Source: Spirochaetia bacterium
GTDB taxonomy: Bacteria; Spirochaetota; Spirochaetia; UBA9216
Direction of reading: 5' to 3'
DNA: 64,000 bases
NCBI GenBank assembly: GCA_963675665.1
Contig: OY776510.1
Coordinates: 4,032,001 to 4,096,000, forward strand
The stretch's first letter is position 1. Each line of letters opens with the position of its first letter. Positions 9,403 to 18,453 of this stretch are shown here, piece after piece. The translations under genes were made by a program, and so were the position numbers. The notes beneath the pieces were generated by a model. That model searched no databases and was not told where the DNA came from. It saw only the letters and a list, made by a program, of their open reading frames with translations.

Positions 9403-10119
9403 TCAGAACAGCGACATTGTTTCATCAAGAGCTTTCTTCAGCCGGATACGCATTTCTCCGGTATGCGGATTGAATTTCTGCAGGTCGTGAAACAGCTGAA
9501 CAGGGTCGTTGCAGGTCTGCTCAACTATCTCCTGAAGCTTCCGGTACCCGAGAGTCGCTATGGCGCTGTCTTTCAGATTCAGCTCATTCAGCACCCTTCC
9601 GATAAAGTGGGTTATACCCTGGGTAAATGCGGCTTCAAGATCATGCTCATCCGGAGTCATTTTATGTATTTCCAAACCCATCCGTCTGAATACATCATTC
9701 CAGAGGGGCCCGCAACCGTTAATATCGCGGACTGTGTGAAATACCAGCGGAAGGCCTTTGATTCCGTTGCGGCCCGAATCAGGACCGAACATCGGGTGCG
9801 TTGCAATAATACCGCAGGTTTCCGGAAGATACTTGTTCATCAGCCGCGCCGGCTCGACCTTTACCGAACAGGTGTCGATTACCACAGCGTCCTGCTTAAG
9901 TACGGGCGCAATACGTTGAAGCACTTCTTCTACAGCGCTTATTGCGCAGCAAAGAAAGACTGTATCATAACCGGTCAGCTGCTCTTCACTTTCAATACGC
10001 CCTACTCCTGCAGGTAATTCCCTGCGGCTCCTGCTGTAACCGGCAACATCAAACCGGTCAGCCAGCAGAGATGCCCAAAAGGATCCGAAACGTCCCATAC
10101 CGTATACTGCTATCTTCAT
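9403..10119 (-). CDS. tyrA: prephenate/arogenate dehydrogenase
   Basis: GMGRFG Rossmann motif, DTCSVK, THPMFGP, EHD, TQGITH. Confidence 0.92.
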   Translation of the reverse strand: MKIAVYGMGRFGSFWASLLADRFDVAGYSRSRRELPAGVGRIESEEQLTGYDTVFLCCAISAVEEVLQRIAPVLKQDAVVIDTCSVKVEPARLMNKYLPETCGIIATHPMFGPDSGRNGIKGLPLVFHTVRDINGCGPLWNDVFRRMGLEIHKMTPDEHDLEAAFTQGITHFIGRVLNELNLKDSAIATLGYRKLQEIVEQTCNDPVQLFHDLQKFNPHTGEMRIRLKKALDETMSLF

Positions 10120-10279
10120 GCTGAGATAATAAAAATTATCGCTGAAAAACGCAATATTCCATTACCGGCTTTTTATTAATATAGGGAGTCTCTTATACCC
10201 TAAAACCTGGATTATCAGGCATTCCCTGTTATATTTATGAAAAGCCTCACTTTGCAAAATCATTTTTTTATACTATTAT

Positions 10280-10307
10280 TTGACAAAATAATGTCAGACA
10301 TTATTTT
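10280..10307 (+). promoter_or_regulatory. pta promoter overlapped by a perfect palindromic operator
   Basis: TTGACA 10280-10285; AAAATAATGTC-A-GACATTATTTT 10285-10307. Confidence 0.7.
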
Positions 10308-10337
10308 ACCCAACGATATTTGAGGAGATTCATTATA

Positions 10338-11333
10338 ATGGCTTTCAAAGAATTAATGAAAGAAAAAGCAAAAAAACTTCAAAAGAATCTTGTACTGCCC
10401 GAAGGAACTGAAACCCGGACCATGAAGGCTGCAAGAATTATCATCGATGAAGGACTTGCGGCATCAGTTTCACTTATTGGAAATGCTGATGATATTCAAG
10501 CTGCAGCAGCAGATGCAGGCGTAAACCTGAACGGCGTCACCATTGTTGAACCCAAAAAATCTGAAAACTTCAGTGCTTACGCTGCTGAATATTATGAACT
10601 GAGAAAGAAAAAGGGTATTACGGAAGAAGAAGCCGGAGAAGCTATAACTGATCCGCTGAAATGGGGCTCAATGATGGTCCGCCTCGGCGATGCGGATGCG
10701 ATGGTTGCCGGCGCTGAAAACTCGACCGGAAACGTTCTGAGGGCAGCTTTCACGATTATTAAAACAGCCCCGGGGGTAAAATCAGCCTCAAGCTGCTTTG
10801 TAATGTACATGCCGGATTCAGACTGGGGAGTCAACGGAAACATGATTTTTTCTGATTGTGCGACCATACCCAACCCTACCGCCGAACAGCTTTCCGAAAT
10901 TGCCATCGCGGCATCCGAATCATGTAAAAAATTCCTTGATGCGGAACCCTGCACAGCGATGCTTTCTTTCTCAACAAAAGGTTCAGCCAGCCATGAATAT
11001 GTCGACAAGGTTGTCGAAGCAACAAAACTTGCAAAAGAAAAACGGCCTGATCTTAATATCGACGGAGAACTTCAGCTTGACGCCGCTATTGTTCCTGCAA
11101 TAGGCAACAGCAAAGCCCCCGGTTCAAAGGTAGCAGGAAAGGCAAATGTTCTGGTTTTTCCCGACCTTCAGGCCGGAAATATCGGTTACAAACTTGTGCA
11201 GCGACTTGCCGGAGCAGATGCATACGGACCTTTCCTTCAGGGATTTGCAAAACCGGTCAGCGACCTTTCGCGCGGCTGCAGTGTCGATGACATAGTAACC
11301 ACTGCTGCTGTTACAATGGCACAGTCGGAATAA
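10338..11333 (+). CDS. pta: phosphate acetyltransferase
   Basis: [51 protein letters not shown]; GAGGAG RBS. Confidence 0.97.
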   Translation: MAFKELMKEKAKKLQKNLVLPEGTETRTMKAARIIIDEGLAASVSLIGNADDIQAAAADAGVNLNGVTIVEPKKSENFSAYAAEYYELRKKKGITEEEAGEAITDPLKWGSMMVRLGDADAMVAGAENSTGNVLRAAFTIIKTAPGVKSASSCFVMYMPDSDWGVNGNMIFSDCATIPNPTAEQLSEIAIAASESCKKFLDAEPCTAMLSFSTKGSASHEYVDKVVEATKLAKEKRPDLNIDGELQLDAAIVPAIGNSKAPGSKVAGKANVLVFPDLQAGNIGYKLVQRLAGADAYGPFLQGFAKPVSDLSRGCSVDDIVTTAAVTMAQSE

Positions 11334-11393
11334 AAAAAGACCGCAAAAAACGGTCTTTAACAGTGAAAAAAGCTGCCGGAAGGCAGCTTTTTT
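11333..11393. terminator. two tandem terminator hairpins between convergent pta and the sugar operon
   Basis: AAAGACCG..CGGTCTTT and AAAAAGCTGCC-GGAA-GGCAGCTTTTTT. Confidence 0.8.
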
Positions 11394-12310
11394 TATTCCG
11401 TGTACAATTTGCCTGATATAAGGTAAAGATCTTTCCCGGGAGTTTTTCCTGAAAAGTATTCTGCAATCAGGGTAGTCAGCTCCTGCGCCATTGTATCAAA
11501 ATCCTGCTCGATTGTTCCGACAAATGGACCTTTCTTGCCTATTTCGGCCTTTGCAAAGTCGGTACCGTCTATTCCTACAACCTTAATCTCGGTTCTACCG
11601 GCGGCCTCAAGCGCCTGAACTGTTCCGTAAGCAGGTTCATCCCACCCGGCCCAGATGCCTGCAATAGAACCTTTACTGTTGGCGGTTATCAGGTCTTCGG
11701 CTATCTTCCTTGCATTATCAACCGGTCCGGGCACATCGATATGGAATTTATTAATTACCTTAATGCCGGGATAGCTGTCGAATACTTCCTGGGCACCGAC
11801 GGCCCTTGCGCGCACACCCGGATGCGGGTCATGAGTAAACATTATAACATTACCCTTTCCGCTTATTGTCTCGGCAAGCAGTTCTGCGGTTTTCTTTCCA
11901 AGATCAGCATTATCTGATGTGATATTAAGCACAACCCCGTCAGCCAGTCCGGCATCAAGACCGAAAACCGGGATCCCAGCTTCCTTTGCGGCGGCAAGGC
12001 CCTTGGTCATCTGGGCAGGGTCTCCCATTCCCAGAACAATCGCATCAACCTTCTGGGCGACTGCATCTTCAATTCGTGAGACCAGCATGCCGAAATCACC
12101 GGCAGTATCGGAAACATTTACCTTCCAGCCTTCGGCTGAGGCATCCTTCCTGAACTGCTCGATTACATAAGCTGTGGTTGCATTAGCCATATAGGGGGTG
12201 ACAACCGCTACTGTTTTCGAGTCTGCGGCAGCTTCTGATGTTCCTCCTGCAACTGCCGCCATTGCAGCGATCAGCAACACAAGTACTGAAACAATGATTC
12301 GTTTAATCAT
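11393..12310 (-). CDS. sugar/polyol ABC transporter substrate-binding protein (RbsB-like)
   Basis: Signal peptide AGG..E; KVDAIVL, GIPVFGLD, SDN..G, VVGIDG motifs. Confidence 0.92.
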   Translation of the reverse strand: MIKRIIVSVLVLLIAAMAAVAGGTSEAAADSKTVAVVTPYMANATTAYVIEQFRKDASAEGWKVNVSDTAGDFGMLVSRIEDAVAQKVDAIVLGMGDPAQMTKGLAAAKEAGIPVFGLDAGLADGVVLNITSDNADLGKKTAELLAETISGKGNVIMFTHDPHPGVRARAVGAQEVFDSYPGIKVINKFHIDVPGPVDNARKIAEDLITANSKGSIAGIWAGWDEPAYGTVQALEAAGRTEIKVVGIDGTDFAKAEIGKKGPFVGTIEQDFDTMAQELTTLIAEYFSGKTPGKDLYLISGKLYTE

Positions 12311-12374
12311 TTCTTCCTCCGTTATTTTGATAATATAAAAGACAATTTCAAACCTGACGTGTTATGAAACAGCC

Positions 12375-13880
12375 TTATAAACCCTTAATATCAGAAAAGG
12401 ATTCTTTTAAAACAGGATACAGTTTCCTGAAAACAGGACCGGCTTTTCTGTAGAACTCAGTCATGTCATTATCGGGAAAAACAACCGTTTCATCATTTCT
12501 AAAAGAACCGGGCAGTTCAAAGGAATCAAACCAGCCGCTTGCCTTTCCGGCAATAAGGAGGTTGCCTGTAAGACCTGCTTCTGAAGTTGCGGGCGAGAGT
12601 ATTACGCGGCAGCCGGTAACCGAAGCGATTATTTCTGTCCAGAGACTGTTGGATGCGCCCCCACCTGAAATCCTGATTTCCAGGCGTTCATGACTGCCCT
12701 CTGTAATCGTCCCGAGAATTGAATCAAGCGAATAAGCCACCCCCTCAAGAACAGCCCTGAACATTGCGCCTTTGCCCGTGCCCCTGTTCAGTCCGATAAA
12801 CGCCCCGCGGGCATCAGGGTCTCTGAACGGCGAACGCTCGCCGGACAGGTAAGGCAGGTAAAAAACCCCGTTGCTGCCTGGTTTGACGGCAGAAGCTTCT
12901 TCCGTAAGGGTATGGAAATCAGCTGACGTGCCGGTTGCGCCCGATAATCCGGAGAGTATCCCGGCGGCCCATTCCGTGTTTCCGCCGGCGGTTATCATTG
13001 AACCTATATTTATCACTTTTGAAGGATCCGGATGCTTCAAATTGAATATTCCTGTTGCAGGGTCAACAGTACGGTCACCTGTTGTTGTAATCCAGCCTGA
13101 AGTGCCAAGATAACATGAAAGAACACCGGCAACCCCGGAGCCCGCACCTATAGTCGAAGAGCCTGCGTCGCCGGCCCCGTGTAACACAGTCAGACCGGCC
13201 GGAAGTCCGGTAAGTCCTGAAGCTTCGGCCGAAACTTTTCCTGCCGGTTCATCCGCCCCCTGCAGAACAGGAAACCTTTCTGTGGAAATACCTATAAAAT
13301 CAGCAAGCCCGCTGTTCCATGAGTTTTTATCAAAATCCAGCAGCTGGGTTGTTGATGCATTGGTATAATCCGTTACAAAAGCCCCGGTAAGCTTCCAGCA
13401 GATATAATCATGCGCACCCATCAGAAAAAATGTTTCGTCGTCAGCAAGCTCCGGCCGGTTTTTTCTGAGCCACAGGAATTTTGAAGGAAGCCCCGCTGCA
13501 TCACTCAGGTTTGCCGAAGAGGTTATAATACGTTTTTCACCAAACTCACGGTGCAGAAACTTCAGCTCATCAGCAGCACGTGTATCTGAATACAATATGG
13601 CGTTTCCGATCGGGTGGCCGTCTTTGATGCAGACAAGGTCCTGCATTTGCCCGCTGAGAACAATAAGCTCAAAATCATTACGCTCAGATTGATTCAACAG
13701 CTCTTTTGTTCCTCTGTAGAAAGCGTTCCACCAGTGTTCAGGATCCTGCTCGGCTCTTGTTCCGTCGGTTATAACGGGGTAGTTTTCCGAAGCTGAGGCG
13801 AGAACTTCCCCGCCTTCAGTAATTATAGCCAGCTTTACAGCGGTAGTTCCGATATCGGCCGACAGAATAACACTTTTCAT
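12375..13880 (-). CDS. FGGY-family carbohydrate kinase (xylulokinase-like)
   Basis: DIGTTAVK, AEQDP..WW, SGQMQ, GAGD, LGTSG, LPYLSGERSP, SGGGA. Confidence 0.92.
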   Translation of the reverse strand: MKSVILSADIGTTAVKLAIITEGGEVLASASENYPVITDGTRAEQDPEHWWNAFYRGTKELLNQSERNDFELIVLSGQMQDLVCIKDGHPIGNAILYSDTRAADELKFLHREFGEKRIITSSANLSDAAGLPSKFLWLRKNRPELADDETFFLMGAHDYICWKLTGAFVTDYTNASTTQLLDFDKNSWNSGLADFIGISTERFPVLQGADEPAGKVSAEASGLTGLPAGLTVLHGAGDAGSSTIGAGSGVAGVLSCYLGTSGWITTTGDRTVDPATGIFNLKHPDPSKVINIGSMITAGGNTEWAAGILSGLSGATGTSADFHTLTEEASAVKPGSNGVFYLPYLSGERSPFRDPDARGAFIGLNRGTGKGAMFRAVLEGVAYSLDSILGTITEGSHERLEIRISGGGASNSLWTEIIASVTGCRVILSPATSEAGLTGNLLIAGKASGWFDSFELPGSFRNDETVVFPDNDMTEFYRKAGPVFRKLYPVLKESFSDIKGL

Positions 13881-14665
13881 GCAACCTCCAGGAACTGCCT
13901 GAACCGGGACAGATAACCCGAGATTTTGTTATCTCCGCCGATGACTGCTTTCAGAAAGGATGTGCCGACTATAACGGCGTCAGCGCCGGCCTTCTCTGCT
14001 TCAACCGCATCAGCCGGAGAGTTAATACCGAAACCGACGCCGACGGGAAGGCGTTCGGGCGCTGCCAGCCGCTTTGCCATATCAAGCCGTCTGAGAAACG
14101 ATTCTCCGACGGAGAATTGTCCCCCGGTCGGGCCTTCCGACGACTGAAGATAAAGAAAACCGCTTGTAAGGCCGATTATCTCTTTCATCTCTTTTTCAGA
14201 AAGTCCCGTTACCGCAAAACTGACAACCTCTACTCCTGTTTTCGAAGCCTCAACAAAAAGCTTTCTCCGGTTTTCCATGGTGATATCAGGAACAAGGACC
14301 GCACTGATTCCGCATTCCGCACAGTCGGAAACCAGTTCCCTTATTCCGTACTGAATAAGGGTATGCTCATAAAGCATCGTAATACCGTTAAGCCCGCAGG
14401 CGGTTATAATCTTTCCGGAATCAATGTTGAATGCCGAAATACTTCTGTCCGCTCTGGTCAGTTTTGAAAGTGTGCCTTTAATCAGTTCACCGTCAAGAAA
14501 GGGTGTAGCCGTCGGCATTCCGACCTCAATAAACTTCAGTCCGCCTTCGGCCAGTTGCCGGACTATACGGAGAAATCCGTCGTTGTCCGGAAAAAGCGCC
14601 GGAAGATACCCGATAAGAGGCGCCCTTTTTCGTTTTTCAATAAAATTGAATATTTCGTTTTTCAT
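13877..14665 (-). CDS. divergent stand-alone tryptophan synthase alpha-like TIM barrel
   Basis: IEVGMP (Glu49 equivalent), FLDG (Asp60 equivalent), VLVPD, GFLYL, GPTG, VGFGI, ADAVIVG. Confidence 0.85.
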   Translation of the reverse strand: MKNEIFNFIEKRKRAPLIGYLPALFPDNDGFLRIVRQLAEGGLKFIEVGMPTATPFLDGELIKGTLSKLTRADRSISAFNIDSGKIITACGLNGITMLYEHTLIQYGIRELVSDCAECGISAVLVPDITMENRRKLFVEASKTGVEVVSFAVTGLSEKEMKEIIGLTSGFLYLQSSEGPTGGQFSVGESFLRRLDMAKRLAAPERLPVGVGFGINSPADAVEAEKAGADAVIVGTSFLKAVIGGDNKISGYLSRFRQFLEVA

Positions 14666-15636
14666 CAGCCCTTCTTCTTGGCAAGACTTGAAACAAGGAC
14701 TGCCAGTATTATTATCATGCCGGTAAGGATCGATTGGACATAGGTGTTTATACCCAGAATATTAAGCCCGTTGCCCATCACCCCCATTATAAAAACCCCA
14801 AGCAGGGTCCCCCATACATTGGCCTCGCCTTCCCTGAATGCCGTCATTCCTAGAAAAACTGCTGCCGCTGCATTTAGCATAAACGGCGCGCCGGCCTGGG
14901 GATGCGCTGAATACAGGCGGCTTGTAAGCACAATTCCGCCGAGAGCAGCAAAAAATCCGGATATGCCGAAGGCCGCCATGCGAATCCTTCTTGTATTTAT
15001 TCCGGAAAGAAATGAAGCTTCCTCGTTGCCGCCAATCGCATAAAGCCTGCGCCCGTAAACCGTCTGTTCAACAAGGGTATAAATAATTACAAGTACCAGG
15101 AGCATTATCAAAACGGACACCGGAATAAATCCCAGATTCCCCTGCCCGATAAACCTGAAATTCTCCGGCAGTCCGAAAATTGTCGTCCCCTTCGACAAAA
15201 GAAGAGCGGCGCCCCCGTAGGCAGTCATGGTTGCCAGCGTACCTACAAAGGCCGACAGCCCCCCGTAAGCGATAAGCAGGCCATTCAACAGCCCAGCCGC
15301 TGTTCCGATTCCAAGAGCACAGATTATGCTCACAGCGGTGCCGGCGCCGGCCTGCATCATCATTGCGGCAATTATTCCGACCAGGCTTGATACCGCCCCT
15401 ACCGACAGGTCAAAATCACCCGTAATCATTACCACAGTCACGCCGGAAGCAACTATTGAAAGGGTTGCGACCTGTTCGATAATATTTCTCAGGTTTCTGG
15501 CCGACGGAAAAACATCCGGCCTGATCAGCGTAAAGATGATCATCAGCAGAATGAAACAAAGAAGTGTGCCCCAGGTTCTTATAAGTCTCACCGGGTTCAG
15601 TTTTTCAGTTCGGTATTTATTTTCTGTTAAATCCAT
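14665..15636 (-). CDS. sugar ABC transporter permease (RbsC-like)
   Basis: GDFDLSVG, FVGTL, YGRRLYAIGGNEEASFLSGI EAA motif. Confidence 0.93.
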   Translation of the reverse strand: MDLTENKYRTEKLNPVRLIRTWGTLLCFILLMIIFTLIRPDVFPSARNLRNIIEQVATLSIVASGVTVVMITGDFDLSVGAVSSLVGIIAAMMMQAGAGTAVSIICALGIGTAAGLLNGLLIAYGGLSAFVGTLATMTAYGGAALLLSKGTTIFGLPENFRFIGQGNLGFIPVSVLIMLLVLVIIYTLVEQTVYGRRLYAIGGNEEASFLSGINTRRIRMAAFGISGFFAALGGIVLTSRLYSAHPQAGAPFMLNAAAAVFLGMTAFREGEANVWGTLLGVFIMGVMGNGLNILGINTYVQSILTGMIIILAVLVSSLAKKKG

Positions 15637-15638
15637 TT

Positions 15639-17135
15639 TCAGTTTTTCCTTCCATAGCAAAAATTAAGATACTGCTCCTGATTTATTCCCGAGTTTTTTT
15701 CAACAAAAGTCTGTTTGCCTTCGAAAAGAAAAAGTATTCTGTCGCAAAGACCTAAAATCTCATTAAAATCGGAACTTACAAGCAGTACAGCCGCACCTGC
15801 GTCGGCTATTTTCCTGATTAGTGTATAAATCTCGAAGCGTGCTCCGACATCGACGCCTTTGGACGGCTCATCAAGCAGCAGTAGCCTGGGCGGGTTGAGA
15901 ATCGTTTTAGCAAAAACAACTTTCTGCTGGTTACCCCCCGAGAGAGTTCCGGCATGGTTTCTGTAATCGGCTGTTTTAAGTTTAACATCCTTCCCCACGG
16001 ACTCTGCGGCCTGCCTGAGCTGCTTGTGTCTCAAAAACCCAAGCGAGGCAAGAGAATCAAGATACATAAGGGAAATATTGTCATAGATTGCCCTGTTCAG
16101 AACAAGCCCCTGTTTACGTCTTTCCTCGGGCACAAGTACAACGCCCTGCTTTACCGCCTGTTTGGGAGAGGAAGGCTTGTATTCACTGCCGGAAAGCTGC
16201 ATACTGCCGTTTTCAAGCTTTCTGGCCCCGAAGATAGTCTCAAGCAGCTCAGTCCGGCCGGCCCCGACAAGACCGCCTATCCCCAGGATTTCACCGCTTT
16301 TCACATCGAAATTGATATTATTGATATCGGAATTTCGGCAATTTTCCATTCTGAAGACAGTATTCCCCCGTACAGACTTTTTTTCCGGAAAAACCGACCC
16401 GAGATCACGGCCTATCATCAGTGATATCAGTTTGTCTTTATCGAGTTCCGATGCCGGACTTTCTTTAACAACCTGCCCGTCTCTCATCACCGTTACGCTG
16501 TCACAGATTCTCAGGACATCATCAAGATTGTGCGACACATAGACTATGGTCCGCCCCTGCTGCTTCAGTACGCTTATGACCTCAAACAGCTTCTCCTTCT
16601 CGATATCAGTCAAAGCAGTTGCCGGTTCATCCATAAAATAAATGGAACCGTCTACCGCAAACCCCCTGGCTACTGCAATCATTGCCCTTTCAACAGCCGA
16701 CAGATAGGATACAGGCCTGTTTATCGGGATTTTCATATTCAGCCTGTCAAGGATTTCAACTGTTCTTTTTCTCAGCCCTCTCCAGTTGATGAGCCTGCCG
16801 GGTTTTTCAGGGTAATCATGACCGAGAAATATATTTTCACATGCATTGAAATAATCAATCAGGTTCAGTTCCTGGTGAATAAAACAAAGCCCGGCATCTG
16901 AAGAATCTCTTGCTGTTTTTATATCGATCTTTTTACCGTTAACAAGAATGTCGCCTGAATCAGGTTTAACCACACCTGCAAGAGATTTTATCAAAGTTGA
17001 TTTCCCCGCTCCGTTCTCTCCTACCAGACCGTGTACGGTACCCTTTTCAAAATCGAGATCCACGCCTTTGAGTGCATGGACACCCGCGTAGGATTTACTC
17101 AGACCTTTTACGGTCAGTGCTGAAGTCTGCTTCAT
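15639..17135 (-). CDS. sugar ABC transporter ATPase (RbsA-like, double NBD)
   Basis: GENGAGKST, MDEPAT, LSGGNQQK, LDEPSKGVDVGA. Confidence 0.95.
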   Translation of the reverse strand: MKQTSALTVKGLSKSYAGVHALKGVDLDFEKGTVHGLVGENGAGKSTLIKSLAGVVKPDSGDILVNGKKIDIKTARDSSDAGLCFIHQELNLIDYFNACENIFLGHDYPEKPGRLINWRGLRKRTVEILDRLNMKIPINRPVSYLSAVERAMIAVARGFAVDGSIYFMDEPATALTDIEKEKLFEVISVLKQQGRTIVYVSHNLDDVLRICDSVTVMRDGQVVKESPASELDKDKLISLMIGRDLGSVFPEKKSVRGNTVFRMENCRNSDINNINFDVKSGEILGIGGLVGAGRTELLETIFGARKLENGSMQLSGSEYKPSSPKQAVKQGVVLVPEERRKQGLVLNRAIYDNISLMYLDSLASLGFLRHKQLRQAAESVGKDVKLKTADYRNHAGTLSGGNQQKVVFAKTILNPPRLLLLDEPSKGVDVGARFEIYTLIRKIADAGAAVLLVSSDFNEILGLCDRILFLFEGKQTFVEKNSGINQEQYLNFCYGRKN

Positions 17136-17936
17136 CTACTCAAGGTCCTCCCAGAGTCCGGCATCGGAAAACCTGTCCGTCTCATTGCTTTCATCTTTCC
17201 GCCTGATTATATATTTAAATTTATTGTTCCTGCCGTATCTTGCCGATGCAATAAAAACAGATTGCCCCGGAAGAAATGCTTCATCAAAAATCACAACCCT
17301 GCCGTCAAGACTTAGGCTGATTCTTTGCGACAGGAAAACCGGCTCTCCCGAATTCACTTCAAGCAATCCGGATTCCGGTTCGGCAATAACAGCCGGAATA
17401 ACTATCTCGCGACCTTTTGTAAGCATCAGTCCCGCTTTTTCCGACATAATCTGATACAGTGAAGATTCCCGGCTGTAAGTTTCAATTATCTCTTTATATT
17501 CATCGGGAATATATGATCGCTGAAGTATTACCGGTTTTTCCCCGATTTTTCTTAATCTTGTCAACACTGAAAATTTTTCAACATTGTCTTTAAAAATACG
17601 TTTAACCTTGCTGTTTTTAATGCCGTAATCTTTTTGAATGATTTCCGTACTGATTTTCATGGATTTTGAATCCATCTCATTCTGAAAACCCTGCAGTGAA
17701 ATATTCTCCGAATGCATTCTTTGCGCCGACACAAAAGTCCCCGTACCGTGAACAACCGAGATCAGCCCTTCTTCTTCAAGCACAGACAAAGCCTGTCTTA
17801 TTGTCATTACCGATGTTTTAAAGCTCACAGAGAGCTCTTTCTGACTGGGAAGCAATGTTCCGTTCTGCAGAGCCCCGTCTATAATTCTGTTTTTCAGCAC
17901 CCGGGCAATTTCCAGGTATCTTAACTGTTTAGCCAT
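17136..17936 (-). CDS. GntR/HutC-subfamily regulator with UTRA domain
   Basis: LPSQKELS..FKTSVMTIRQAL..L..EG....HGTGTFV wHTH; C-terminal UTRA (SLYQ..). Confidence 0.92.
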   Translation of the reverse strand: MAKQLRYLEIARVLKNRIIDGALQNGTLLPSQKELSVSFKTSVMTIRQALSVLEEEGLISVVHGTGTFVSAQRMHSENISLQGFQNEMDSKSMKISTEIIQKDYGIKNSKVKRIFKDNVEKFSVLTRLRKIGEKPVILQRSYIPDEYKEIIETYSRESSLYQIMSEKAGLMLTKGREIVIPAVIAEPESGLLEVNSGEPVFLSQRISLSLDGRVVIFDEAFLPGQSVFIASARYGRNNKFKYIIRRKDESNETDRFSDAGLWEDLE

Positions 17937-17954
17937 TCTCTACTCTTATAGTTA

Positions 17955-18004
17955 TATAGACTTCTAGATGTCTGTATTTTAAATATATATTGACAATCTG
18001 TCAA
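17955..18004 (-). promoter_or_regulatory. sigma70 promoter and palindromic operator of the GntR operon
   Basis: TTGACA(18004-17999)-17 bp-TAAAAT(17981-17976); palindrome TATAGACTTCT/AGATGTCTGTA at 17955-17976 over the predicted +1. Confidence 0.7.
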
Positions 18005-18166
18005 TCTTTTTTTTGCTTAGAAACCTGAAACTGAACAGTGCTTCTGCTCATAGAAACATTATGACTGATTTTCCTGCCATATTGCAAGAAGGATTAAGAA
18101 AATTCGTCAATTTATAAGAATACAGATATTTATGTTTTAAACGCCTGACTTTCTGCAGGAGTATCC

Positions 18167-18195
18167 TTGACAATTCATATTTCAAAAGTTATGTT
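18167..18195 (+). promoter_or_regulatory. sigma70 promoter for riboswitch-dapB-dapA
   Basis: TTGACA-17 bp-TATGTT. Confidence 0.7.
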
Positions 18196-18214
18196 TAGTA
18201 CAAATTATTGCACC

Positions 18215-18388
18215 GGTAATAGAGGCGCGGTATTCAATCAGTAGTATGCAGAGGAAGCGGGTTCCGAAGAAGCATTATGAAAGGTGAAACCGCCGAAGGG
18301 TTTTTTCAGCCGCTGGAAGAATTCTGGGATTAAAAGAGAATACTTTTAATACTGTCAGTGTTTTCATAACGCTGGGGCGCTATCTACC
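18215..18388 (+). ncRNA. lysine riboswitch (L-box)
   Basis: Ordered core motifs AGAGGCGC..AGTA..GAAAGG..CGCCGAA..CTGGG..GAATA..ACTGTC..GGGCGCT, directly upstream of dapB. Confidence 0.93.
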
Positions 18389-18453
18389 ATAACCTTTCAG
18401 AGTTGCAGCATCCTGTAGCCTCTTGATTCCGGGCAAAGAATAAGGGGTAAATA

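Noticed and set aside
12375-13880. Assigning xylB / xylose catabolism
   Set aside because: No xylose isomerase adjacent, and GQMH reads GQMQ; substrate undetermined
13877-14665. Calling this gene trpA of a tryptophan operon
   Set aside because: No trpB/C/D/E nearby, catabolic context, and interface motifs altered; gene symbol withheld
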